DNA of 64,000 nucleotides, from contig CM022670.1 of NCBI GenBank assembly GCA_012295275.1, positions 8,990,001 through 9,054,000 of the forward strand, in the 5' to 3' direction. Both the position numbers and the translations under genes were made by a program. Positions 1-37,787 of this stretch are shown here, one piece after another. The DNA comes from Chrysomallon squamiferum (lineage: Eukaryota > Animalia > Mollusca). Each line of letters opens with the position of its first letter. Position 1 is the first letter of the stretch. The notes below the pieces were generated by a model. It did not search any database and had not been told where the DNA came from. It was given only the letters and a program-made list of their open reading frames with translations.

Positions 1-267
1 ATCAGTACAAAAATTGTTTTCCTTTTGTTTTGTCTAATTCTACAGAATACAGGAACAAGTAAGTTCTGTGTGACTTCTAACTAATACTGCGCGTTTTCTA
101 TCAAGCGTCTGTTACTGGCATTTCTATTAAAAACATTTGATACAAGCTTTGTCGCGGACAATAAATAAAACGATAAACAACAACAAAAACAGTATCTAGC
201 TGTTATGTCTATAAAACATAAACATCCACTGAGGTATTTTAATGAAAATCTTTTCTGTAGTGCTGCC

Positions 268-314
<47 letters not shown>

Positions 315-772
315 TAAATAATATAAATAATAATAATATAAGATTTAAGTAAAGTCTGTTGTATAATATCAGAATATCAGTATGGTTTATGAGTTAAGCC
401 AGCTGTCAGTATGTTCAACACTCGCAGCAGGAGTTACCAATCAACTTAATGATAGAAAGCTGGCTGGTATGTGTATTTGGTTTTTTTTTTCTCTCTCTCA
501 GTGCTATTTTCGCCGTTTCTGCCATTTTGTCCAGCCGTAAATATGTACAATTTAAGCCATCTTTGGCTTATATCAGCACTGACCAGCATTTGTTTCTGAT
601 TAACAAAGAAATACCTGCCAACAGCAAAGGTGTAGAAACCCGAGTATAGACATAGCCACATGTCAAAAGTTTAAAATTACAGAAAAATACTCCATCCTTT
701 GTATTTCCCGCATGCTGGTTTAGTAATTCCTTTCAGTAGCCATGAGCCTTTTGTGTGTTGTCTTTCGAGTAT

Positions 773-25584
<24,812 letters not shown>

Positions 25585-25699
25585 GCCGATAATCCCCGAA
25601 TTATCGCCCGTTCAGACTGAAACGTACAGTAATCCCTCTCTCTCTCATCTGAATCCCAGGCTCACCTCTTCTCCGTTCCGAGCAATGCCATTGCTGCTT

Positions 25700-25950
25700 T
25701 TTTACTGAGAGGCAACACAAAGACGCATCCCCCGCCGCTGGAGTGAATAGCAATCACGTGACCTAAGCCGGTAGTCCCCCATACATGCTCGCTCTCTCTC
25801 TGGCCGTTCCGAGCGTGGGCCATTCCCGTGAAAGGGGGAGGGGCGATGATATCGGTTGATCACAGCCGTATAACCTCGGTCTCGGTCTCGCAAGGGGGTA
25901 ACTGCTTCAGAGGCTCCCGTTTTATTACTTCTCCTCCTCCCCCCCCCTAG
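25700..25950 (-). promoter_or_regulatory. GC/CpG-enriched putative otopetrin promoter or 5' UTR
   Basis: Local GC/CpG enrichment just upstream of the first ATG. E-box TCACGTGAC at 25754-25762. Confidence 0.4.
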
Positions 25951-26846
25951 GAGTACATTAATCTTGCATGCTGCTTCCCATTGATGCTACAGCGCTGTCA
26001 GTCACTGTTAGTGTTTGTCCAGGCACAATGGATGGGTTCTCTGTCATCATCAAGCAGTCAGACACTACACTACACTACACCTCCGACGACTGCAATTATT
26101 CCAAACACGTTATGGACAGAAACATAAAAATGCATTTAAAATAATAACAAAATAATAATAAAAGATAATAATAAAAAGACGATCTGATGAAATTAACGGA
26201 TTTTTTTTATTTTTTTTTAACAACTTTCAGTGATTGATATAACAGTAATGGTTTTTTTTGTTGTTTTTTTGTTTTTTGTTAAAAAATTTAAATTATGAAT
26301 TTTATAATAATAATAAAGAGTGAAAATGCATAATGTTAAAATTACTGGAGAATAGAGAGAAAAAGATTTTTAAATTTAAAAAAAGAAAGAAATGAAGACA
26401 TAGATACGGAGAGAGAAAGTGATAATAATTATACAGTTTCTGATTATAAGACTGACTTAAACATGTGTAAAATGCGAGAATATCAAAACATTCGCCAGTA
26501 TTTTTTATATACAGTTATGGAGACAAATACTTATATATATTAAAAATAAAGTTAACAGTGTTACTAATATAATAATAATGCAATACACACGAGCTACTTA
26601 TAAATAACCGTTTTTATTTAACGTTAAATTCAAAATTAAAAACTAGCTATATCATTAACAGTTTCAACCATAGACTGTATACTACACTGTTTTATACTGT
26701 AAGCGAAATTTACATTAATAAATGCTGTAGTCAAAACAAAAACAAATAATTGAAATTAAAATTAAAATTAAAACAAAAATTATTTTTAAAATTAAAATTA
26801 AAATATAAAATTAATTTTATAATAACAATAACAGTAATAATAACAT

Positions 26847-26920
<74 letters not shown>

Positions 26921-27373
26921 GTAATGATAATAATAAAATTTGCATACTCTGTATACGGCGACAGAGACAAAACGTCCAGTGTTACTCAGTTAGTTCCGCC
27001 TTCCAATTATATCAAGTTTTTCAGCAAACAGCTGTCAAAGAACCGCTGAGTGGAAGGTGAGTGAATCAGATAAATCACTGCCAGTGTCCACACTGGTCAC
27101 TGTAATAATTCCACGACGAAGAAGAAAATACTGACACTGATTATACATTTCTTAATTAGAGCGCGATGGGCGTTTTCAGTCTTCGATTTCTATTTTCATT
27201 GGTTAATTCTTTGTTCATTTTTGGTGCCCTAAATCTAACATATACATACTCTCTCAGTATCTCTGTCTCTCTCTAAAGCAAGCTTTGACTGTCTTCTGTC
27301 TGTTTGTCTATTTATCACTCTTTTTGTATGTGTATCTTTTTGTATGTGTATCTTTTTTTTTTTTTTTTCTGAA

Positions 27374-27456
<83 letters not shown>

Positions 27457-27954
27457 CGTAGTTTTCCTTTCTATCTCTATATCTGTCGATCAATTTCTGT
27501 ACACCCAAAAGACGTTATTTTAATATTTCATTTTGAGTTAAATTCAAAACCCAGCCTATCTTCCTGCCGAAGATACGGAACAATTTCGTTATGTGCATTT
27601 TTTTAGAAATATCCAAGACTTTTCTGTCGTGTATTCTTCAAATCACGAATTACAATTATTAATTTTATTAATACCGTACATAAAATATAAAAATGATTCC
27701 GTAAAATTTAACTTTAACTGAATGATACAATGAAATGAAAACCCGTTCTGTTTATTTATTTATTACAGTTTTAGTATATTACAAATTATCGAGACAGATA
27801 TGTATGTACGTAGACAGGAATAATTTGTAAATAACTTAACGAAGGCTTAATGTTTAGAACATGCACCTATATAAATTAATTTATTATGTCACCTTAAAAA
27901 TAAAATAAAGACGAACAGTAATACCATGAATGACAGTAACAGTTAAAATCTTAT

Positions 27955-28007
<53 letters not shown>

Positions 28008-29290
28008 GAAGAAGAAGAAGAAGATACATTTTTACTACTTTACAAAGCCGTGTTGAAATTTTAATTTCATTTCTTTTCTTCTTCTTTTTTTTTTTTTTTT
28101 TTTTTTTCTTGTTTGAAGGGGAAAAAATCCTTAAAGCAAGCTAAAGAAGTTAAGCATTCTTCAGCTGTCTACTTCCTTGAAAAAGAAAAAAAAAACTGCA
28201 CACATGTGGAAACTGTGTTTTCGTAGTTAAACGTGCGCCTGTTGTCATTTTGAAACCGAGCCCGAAATGTGGGGACGTCACAGCTGTGATAATGAAACGC
28301 ACCATATGCGAAAATCGACTGAAAACAGAACGCACTATATCGTCCTCCGAAGCGACCGTGTTGAGACTGCAGAGTACAAAGAAATTTCTGGTGAAAACAA
28401 CTTGGTGAACAGTGCAGTGTGATGAGAAACCAGTCGTGAAATATCGGTCATGACATCTGCGATGAATGGAAGACGACGCGCGGGAATTCTTTCTTTGTCG
28501 TCTGCGGATAAGTCCGTCATCAATGAATTTCATGGGCCATGATTATACTTCAACAAATAAGGCTTTTATTATTTTTTTTTAAATTTTGACTTTAAGGGAA
28601 AGACTGTTGTTGTAATTAGTGGATATCGGTGGATGGATGAAGAAAGTCAAAGGCAAAATTAAATAGTTTATAAATTATTAAAAAAAAAAAAAAAAAAAAC
28701 AAATGAAACAAACATAATCTTTTTTCTTTTTTTATTTTAATGTTTAAAAATATATATCCTGAGAAAAGAAATTCTAAAGAATCCATATAAAAATAATAAC
28801 TATTTTATTGGATTTTAATTATAAAATTAAACCAACAAAAACATGCACGGAGATATTAATATCCGCTAATGATGCTTTGTAAGCAGAAATGTGATATAAA
28901 CAAACAAACAAACTAATAAATTATTTAAGGAGACAGTAATATTGCAATGATTTAATTAGCTAATCTTGTTTTTCCTAAAATTACAGAATAAAATAATTAG
29001 ACTGTCAAACTTTATGCGTACTAGATATCTGGCTATTTTATTCTGAAACATTTTTATTTGTTAGATTACAAGATAAAACAAAAACTTTGTAGTAAACAAC
29101 TAAAGGCACATTAAGATTTCTATGGCATTTTGTTTATAGATTCTTAATCTGCAATGAATAATCATTTTAGTTGTATGTTTGTTTGGTTATTTATTTATTT
29201 ATTTAGTTTATTTGAATATACGAGTTTTATTATGAAAACAAATAAAACAAAGTTTGTTTCGAAATAATATTGAATTAACTTATAAAAAAG

Positions 29291-29323
<33 letters not shown>

Positions 29324-29593
29324 TAATAATAATAATAATTTTAATCCAAATTATAGTAAAAAAATAAATTCATTTAAATGAAATAAGAATTTAGAATAAT
29401 AATATAGTAATGATAACAGCAGTAACAATAAGCTGATACTAGTACAACAACTAACTCCAATAGCAAATTTATAAATTATAAAAGAAATAATTAACAAATA
29501 ACTTCGTGCCTAAGATTTCTAAGACCAAATCTATTCTCTGATCTATTTCGGTACAATTTTGTGTCCGAGTTAGAATGCGGCTTTGAAAGCGTA

Positions 29594-29601
29594 ACTTCCG
29601 G
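29594..29601 (+). promoter_or_regulatory. ETS motif (ACTTCCGG) in the ANAPC10 promoter region
   Basis: Canonical ETS/GABP-type site about 90 nt upstream of the ANAPC10 ATG, typical of housekeeping promoters. Confidence 0.5.
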
Positions 29602-29685
29602 GTCGAAATCAAACTAGGTTCGTGATTATCGCCCTTGTGTTGTTATTCATTTTCGAAATGAGTTGATCCAAATTTATCATTTAAA

Positions 29686-29800
29686 ATGACAAATAAACTT
29701 ACTGGCAATCAAGACATAGATATATTCAAAGACGAAAAAGAAGGAAAACTGAGAGAAGTCGGTAACCAAGCTGTGTGGTCTCTATCTTCATGTAAACCAG
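29686..29800 (+). CDS. ANAPC10: ANAPC10 coding exon 1
   Basis: AAA-ATG start, MTNKLTG...VWSLSSCKP, donor CAG|gtaaag. Confidence 0.95.
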
Positions 29801-31574
29801 GTAAAGATATACAATATCATAATCATCGTATCATAAGAATATTAAGATTCAGATAGTGACTAAGAGTATGATAATCATGCTGATAGTCATGATATACAAT
29901 ATAAATTTCATTATGGTTATCAAATTACCATTATCATGATTATGAATATGTTTGCCAACAGAAACATTACATGATAATTGCTCATTATTGGCTAATCTTA
30001 TTAAAATTTCACCATACAGTTTTTTGGATAATACAGGAACATTATTATATTATATGATTATTATGATTACGAATATAATTTTCATTCGTTCATCAACATA
30101 AAGGTGGCATACATGATACAATACTGAATACATAATTATAATAATAATAATTATGTCAGATTAAATAAATTACTTGAAATTAATTTTAAAATATGAAAGT
30201 AATAATATTTGTAATAAATTTATTGTGAAAAATGATTAATTATATTAATATTTTTCAGTACTTTTAAATTTAATATTTACACCAATTTAGTAATAAATTG
30301 TAACAAATAAAATCCTCATTTTATAAATTTTTGAATTATTTCCTTAGTTAATATTCTAGTACCTAACGAATGACATGAATAATTTGATTTAAATTGAAAT
30401 CCTTAAATTAATTGACTCATGTAATTTAGATTAGAGCATAACATGAAATTTAATAAATATATTATAAAAAAAAAAAAAAAAAAGGTTTTGGTGTAGATCA
30501 GTTACGAGATGAATCATATGACACGTACTGGCAGTCAGATGGACCGCAGCCACACCTAGTCAACATTCAGTTCAGAAGAAAAACAACTGTGCAGGATGTC
30601 TGTCTGTACACCGACTACAAAGCAGACGAAAGTTACACTCCAAACAGGTAGGATATCGGAACTTTGCATTTTATTTTTAATATGATATAGATGAAGTTAT
30701 TAGTTTGTTTTATCACAATCACAAACTCTTGAAAGGCAGCATATCATTATCAGAATTTTACATTTTATTTTTAATACACATATGAAACTGTTTAAATATG
30801 TATTTTTGCAGTCGGTTATTGATGGTAATTAAGTAATACACACACACTTTAAAGATATTGTTGTATTAGTTTACTTATGACAGTCAGGAACTGTCAGTGT
30901 CAGACTACACAAGATCCATTAATTATTAATAACATGCAAAAGCAGAATAATGGATTTCAGAATTTGTAACACTTACATGAAATTCATAAATTATAATCTA
31001 AAAAGTTAAATTTATATAACCCATTTTTATATTAAACTTTTAAACCTTATGGATGTATAATTCTAGTATTTATTGCTCAGATTATAAACCGATTTTAGAA
31101 TTTCCTCTTCATCCACTTTATTTTTAAAAAGTAATATATATTTCATTTTTAATTTTGCATTTCTTTCTTACTTTTGCTTATCTAACCATATCTATCAAAC
31201 CATCTTTAATCAAAATTTTATAAATGTGTTAACCACAAAATTGTTACTCTTATTTGAACATTTATGTGTATTGTTATTAATTGTGTAGGATTTCTATTCG
31301 TGCTGGAAATCACTTCAGTGATTTATCTGAGATAGAGCAGATTGAGATGAGTGAACCTGTGGGGTGGGTGTGTGTTCCCCTCAGAGACTCGAGTGACAAA
31401 CCCATCAGAACGTTCATGATTCAGGTGGGAGTCTTGTCAAATCATCAGAACGGCAGAGACACCCACATCCGTCGAATCAAGATCAGATCACCCGCACAGC
31501 CATCTGACATCTCTGTGACCAGGATGCCTAACTTCACCAGCCTTGAGTTCCAGCAGTACGCATATATCAGATAG
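29686..31574 (+). CDS. ANAPC10: Anaphase-promoting complex subunit 10 (APC10/DOC1), 3 exons, 187 aa
   Basis: Exons 29686-29800, 30485-30647, 31289-31574 total 564 nt with phases 1 and 2. Motifs [71 protein letters not shown] and the C-terminal IR tail. Confidence 0.97.
30485..30647 (+). CDS. ANAPC10: ANAPC10 coding exon 2
   Basis: [54 protein letters not shown]. Acceptor (A18)G|GT, donor CAG|gtagga. Confidence 0.95.
31289..31574 (+). CDS. ANAPC10: ANAPC10 coding exon 3
   Basis: Acceptor tgtgtag|[14 protein letters not shown]...[15 protein letters not shown]...YAYIR*. Confidence 0.96.
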
Positions 31575-32511
31575 GATTTTCATCAGCAGTTTTATATGTT
31601 TGTTTCACAGAAGTGAGATGTGAAGATCATTATTCTGAAGGAATGATTTGTGTTACCAGGCAAAGACTTAAATAAGCGACCTGGGTTAAATAAGGATACT
31701 GGTTGCCAAACAAATGTAAAATACAGGGAGTGTCGAGAGAGGATTTTAATTATAATACAAACAATTTTTTTAAATTGCTGATTCCAAAGAAAAGAATAGC
31801 TAATTTCATTTAAAAATAAAAATTAAAAATAAAGCATAATCAGTATCATTTTAGAAATTATATGTTTCAAAATAAAATGTATGATATAGTAAATACTGAA
31901 ACACTGACAAAGTATATCTTAGCAAACTGGTGTATTTAAATGTAAACATCACAGAATCCACTGTGTATGTACCATGAATTTCAGTTTTTATAAATGTTTA
32001 AAATAATGTGGTATCACTTAAAAACATACTTCCAAAAATAAATTATTATTCATTTTCAGGTTGCTGTTATTGTTATGAAATATTATTAGTAATTATATGA
32101 TACAAGTCGACTGTTATTAAAAATCCAACAAACATTGAAAACAATGAATTTATATTTTAATTCTCTTAATTTTTTTTTTAATTTTTTAATTTATTCATTT
32201 TTTTAATTTATTTATTTATTTATTTATTTATATTTTGTTGTTGTTGTTGCTGTTATTGTTGCATACATCATTTGTTTAATTTAGTATATTTAGTTCAGTT
32301 TGTATGTTAATATGGTACAGTTTTCATTGAATCTCGTATTCTGTTGAGGATTTCAGCTAAGTGATAGTTAACTGAAGTATTTTAATATTAGCCTCCCATT
32401 ATGTCTGTTGTGGCTAAATTCACAGTGTTCATTATTGTTAAATTAATATGTTGATTTTTTTTTTTTTTCATTTTAAATTAATTTATTTTTTTACTATAAT
32501 TTGGATTAAAT

Positions 32512-32548
<37 letters not shown>

Positions 32549-33204
32549 AAATATCACTGAAGGCTTTCAATATGTTTTAAGTTTGAAAATATCTCTGCAA
32601 TGTTGATAATTTATTATTTGTTTATATCTTCTGGATTATTCTCAAATGTCAAAAATCAGTGTTATTACAACAAGTATTCAAAAACAGCATTGCTCATTGA
32701 TGTCTCAAATATGTTTTATATATTTAAAAAAAGAAAATCATTTTTACCTTATGAAATATCCCAGGTTAAAAACAGAACATTTAGAAATAAAGGGAAATAA
32801 TCGTACTTACTACCTAATAATTATCCTAACCAACTGTATGAAAACAATACTGTCTGAAACACACAGACACACACACATGCATTCTTGTCATATGGAAAAG
32901 GAATAACCCAGGTCAAGAATAGCAAACAAGTAAAGGGAAATAATCGAGCTTATTACTGGATTATCCCAATGAACATACCGCTGTCAAGTTCGTCGCGCGC
33001 TCTTTCAGTGTAGTACATCCGAGCGAAGACGTTTCAGCTGGATTTACACGGTTTGGAGTTATCTTTACTGCATAAATAAGTTAATATACTGGTTAAATAT
33101 TCTTTTTTTTTTTTTTTTTTTTTTCAATTTGATTTCAATAATTATTTATTTGAAACGTGAATTTAAAAAGCGTTTGTTATAGTATTAATTTTAAATATAT
33201 TTAC

Positions 33205-33250
<46 letters not shown>

Positions 33251-33960
33251 CGTTTTTGGTATACCTGTTTTTCTTATTTATTTATTTATTTTTTTTTTTT
33301 TTTTTTCTGTTTTTTAATTTTACTAAATAGAAGAAAGTAGAATTAAGACGGCGTTCAGCATTAGTACAAGTTTTAAACGTGTTTTCAGTTATCCGATGAC
33401 CTAATAAAAAAAAAATAGTTACCGTTCAAGGATGATTATAATTCGAAAACCTTAAAAACAGGAATGGACGTCGGCACAGATTTTTACAGATCACCTCTGT
33501 TTGTTATGTTTTAGTCTCATCGACATTTTTGTATTTTATTTTCTTCCCTTTACAATTTAGTGTTGTTATTTCAGTTTTAATTTGTTTTTGTTTTAGTTTT
33601 ATTTGTTTTATTTTTTATTTTTTTTTTATTTACTTATTTATCTGTAACGGCAGTTTTATTTAATTCAACAACAATGAATATATCTTCAACATTAAAAAAA
33701 AAAAAAAAAATAAATTTAAATAACAAATCGGATTATCAAGCTTCACTCGTGTTATTCCTGTTCTCTATGTTCATTCTTTTATATTATTTAATCACTGGAA
33801 CAAGTTATATTTTATGAGAATCAATCGACTCCTCAGTTCTGATCCGTGTCTGATATTTAATTCAGTCATGGCGTGGGGATAATACTAAACTCTGATCGGT
33901 TAACCAGTTAATGTTTTTGAGACAATGAACCCACGATCACCTTACGTCTGACATTACGAG

Positions 33961-34067
33961 ACTGGTGTAGGAACATCAAAACACTCCCCCACCCCAAAAC
34001 TCACTAGAGTGATCTTGCTGCAGAATGTTTTGAGGGCGGAGGAATGTTTTTGGACTGCTACACCGGT
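33961..34067. repeat. Imperfect foldback/hairpin, about 40-nt arms
   Basis: ACTGGTGTAG..AAAACACTCCCCCACCCCAAAAC pairs with GTTTTGAGGGCGGAGGAATGTTTT..CTACACCGGT. Confidence 0.7.
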
Positions 34068-36982
34068 TTAGCAAATGATGCAGCTAGACATCTTATCCCT
34101 AGATTCGTATTTGGCGTATTAATTATTAATTTTCATATTAACTGTCAATAAAATAGTTCATCTGAGATGAAAATGATTTTATTTGCGCTGAACTACTCAC
34201 CTATTTGCTCCAAGTGAATAGTTTCGTCTGTGATTGTTCTCAGGTGTGTTTCGTAAAGGACAACCGACAAATATTTTATCGTAAACGGCTGAGGGGTGAC
34301 AGATTTTATTTAAATTCCTCCTTATGTATAACATAACACGAATAAAAAAAAAAAATCGTTTTTTTAACTGTTATTTATACATTAATGAAATTTCTAAATT
34401 AGTCGTACCTGATTATTAACAAGCCGATGTTATCCCATCAACAGAACTGGTTTTCTTCCTACTTTTTTATTTTTTATTTTTTGTATTTTTTTAATCTACG
34501 CCTACTAAAAAAAAATAGATTCATGGATTAAATTTTTTTTAAATCATTCACATGATGTTTTACAAGCCGATATTATCTTATCAACAGAATTCATTTTTTT
34601 TTTTTTATTCCAAATAATTTTTTTTTTTTTTTTAATGTTTTTTCAAAATATTGCACCTACTGAAAATAGTTTTATAGATTATAAAAATTTTTAAACTATG
34701 GTATACTGGAGATAATCTTTCTTTGATTTCCTGTTTTTTAAGATAGGTAATCGTGGACTGAATGCAGCTAAATGTTAGCGTTTACAACGCCATGCTAGTT
34801 AGTTCGGTATTAAATGCCACTCAGTTCGCGATCACCCGACTCAAACGTGAAACCAGAGTAGATGTATTCATTCATTTATTTCCATTCCCATGTTGCGGGT
34901 TGTGTTCATGGTGTGACTCAACGGTTGGAAAGTATATTAAATATTATTTTGTGTTTTCGACTTCACAAAATTAGTGTCAGCCTAACTTGGCCGAACATGT
35001 TTTTTTGAAACTATTTTTATTATATATATATATTTTTAATTGTACGTGTGTGTGTCTGATCTGCGGAAACAGCAACCCAAAGTTAATCCCAGACTGATAG
35101 AACTTGAAGAAACCCAACTCACGTTTTAAACAGATTTATTTTATAAGCACAATCTAATTCCATGCAGTCTGGTTTCAGATGTATTGTAAAATGTTAAGCT
35201 GTAGATTCTTGTTAATGGTTTTGATGAAAACGAATCACGTGTTCGGTCTGACAGTAAAGAAAAATAACTCTAGCAGTTATAAGACACACATTTAACCTGA
35301 GTATTTCTTCAGCTAAGGTTCCTTTAAATCCCATTCAAATTAATACACAAACTTAACATCATGCAAAAACATGCCACAATACTTTTCTCTCATGTTTTCG
35401 ATTATACAGTTACCACAGCTTAAAAATTACTTTATACTTCGCGTGAACTTTTTATGTATCAGTTTAACATTAATTTGAAATATAAAATTTTCCACCTTCC
35501 TTTTTATTATTACGATTTAACGCTGACGCTAACTTTGATCACAGTTCATGTCAAAAGAATTACATTATATTTACTTTCTGCAAACAACACAAGCACTATC
35601 ATGCTATCATGATTGGTTACTGCCAAAAAAAAAAAAAAAAAAGATTTGTTTATCTGTAATTTTCTTTCACACAGTTTATTCATAAATGGACCATCTTTTT
35701 TTTTTTTTTTTTCTTTTGCACTTCAAATCACACGTAGTCTCATATGTTTTTAATGAAAGTGTAGGGAAACAGGACCGCTGTCGGATTAATGGATATTGTG
35801 CACTTAATATTATTGGTGCTGTTGGCAATTTTGGCAGTTACACTTGCTATTTAAAACATATTCCATGTTTAGTGCTTTTTTATTTTTTCAACAAAACCTC
35901 TTTTGGAAATTCGTTTTTTTTTTTTTTTTTTAATATATATTTTTTTTATTGGAGGAGTTGCTTGTAGTTGGCCTATACTAGAGCGCATTATGGGTGTGTG
36001 GGTGTATAAGTATGTATGTATGTATGTATGTATGTATGTGTGTATATGTATATATGTATATGCGTGTATATATATATATATGCATACACACAAACACACA
36101 CACACATACACACATATTGACAGACAGACAGACAGAGGGGGGTGTGTGTGTTTATAAAAAATAAACAAAAGTGAAATAGCTGAATTAGGACACTATAGAG
36201 ACATATGCCACATATATATTAAATAATAATTGTTATATTAAACCACTGAGCACACAAATAATAGTAAAATTTTCTCACGAAACGTTGAAATCGAAGGGGG
36301 AATTTTTCAAATGATAGGTCTCAAGAGATATCAGAATATTACCAATCTGTGCAACTTTATCTTAATTTATTAATTTATTTATTTAATCATTCATTTATTC
36401 ATTCATTCATTTATTTTATGTTTCATTGTTTAAACGTTTATTGCTTCTCTAGTAAGATTTGAACGTTTTCCATTTTACAGCTACATTGCTTCTTACGTTG
36501 TTGATCTCTGCTAGAGGACAGTTAACAACAGTTGGATTTTATTGCTCTTAATATTGTTGTTGTTGTTTACCCACGATTTCATGTACTGATAGAGGAGCAC
36601 TGCCCCGGTAAATGCAAATATGAGAAATCGTCAGAGTAAACATTAACCAAAGATTTACCGAAACACTAAACTGCAGTACACATAACAGAATAAAATTCTG
36701 TAATAAAATAATGTAAGAACAATATACGGATAAAAATGAACAAGTAAAAAGAAATGTCATACAGTATAATTATGTAAAGAAAAAAAAAGTTGTCTGTGCT
36801 GGTGGAATCTTGTTAGGTTAGCTTGTAAAAATGTATTCTTACCCTGATGGAAAACAGGTTGAGTGGGAGATGCCCTGTCGTATATTGGGACTCACTGTAA
36901 CTTAATAGAACCTAGACGTAAGGTTTCAAGTGGCAAATGGCGTTAAGGTTGAATCAGGAAAACAGATCCGTGAAATCGACGG

Positions 36983-37016
<34 letters not shown>

Positions 37017-37628
37017 TATTATTATTATTATTATTATCATTATTATTTTTTTTTTTTATGAACTCAAACATTAGTAGTGGTACTAGTATTCACTTACGTG
37101 CTCTTACTTTGTTTCTTACTTTATTTTCTTATTTGTTCGTTTTAGTTTCTTTAGCCAGTTATTCATTTCTTACACATTTTGCATCAAAACGTTAAAGGAA
37201 ACCATTACTAAGTGTGACCACTTGCTAACACTAAAACAGTTGAATTTAAAGGCTATAGTCTTTCATATTTATGAAGAAAACAAATACCATTCAAACAGCC
37301 ATTCAGAAATGCGTAGCTTTTTATTAATTTTGGCGAATGCATCAAATGTGTTAAACGTTGACATACAATTACAACTGTTAACAAAGACGTGTGAATATGT
37401 TTCAGTTTACTCATCAGTATTCTTTGACTTCATTGGTTTCTTTGGGTTTCTTTTACCGGCGATGTATTACCCCATGTCTCTGTTCACTGGATATTTATGA
37501 TATACCTCTTCAACAGTGATATAATTACAATATTCACTTATAAACTAGAGAAATGACTGTCATATTGTAACACCATAACCTGAATGCAGAACTTGGTTTT
37601 TGCTAGAATGATGTGGAAGTTGGGCGAT

Positions 37629-37668
<40 letters not shown>

Positions 37669-37787
37669 ATCGTTTCTGTTGTTGTAAGTGTAAAAGTCTT
37701 ACAAAATAGCTGCGTGTAGCACGTTTTGGCATCAAGGCAATTTTCCCGGTGATCTAGAAAGATGTCACCTGGTCTAGCGAAATTAGG

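Noticed and set aside
28150-28533. 127-aa minus-strand ORF in a CpG-richer patch
   Set aside because: No recognisable domain and no convincing splice partner; more likely regulatory or UTR sequence.
29801-30484. U12 (minor) intron as the explanation for the odd ANAPC10 acceptor
   Set aside because: The donor is GTAAAG, not GTATCCTT, and I see no TCCTTAAC branch point near the 3' end.
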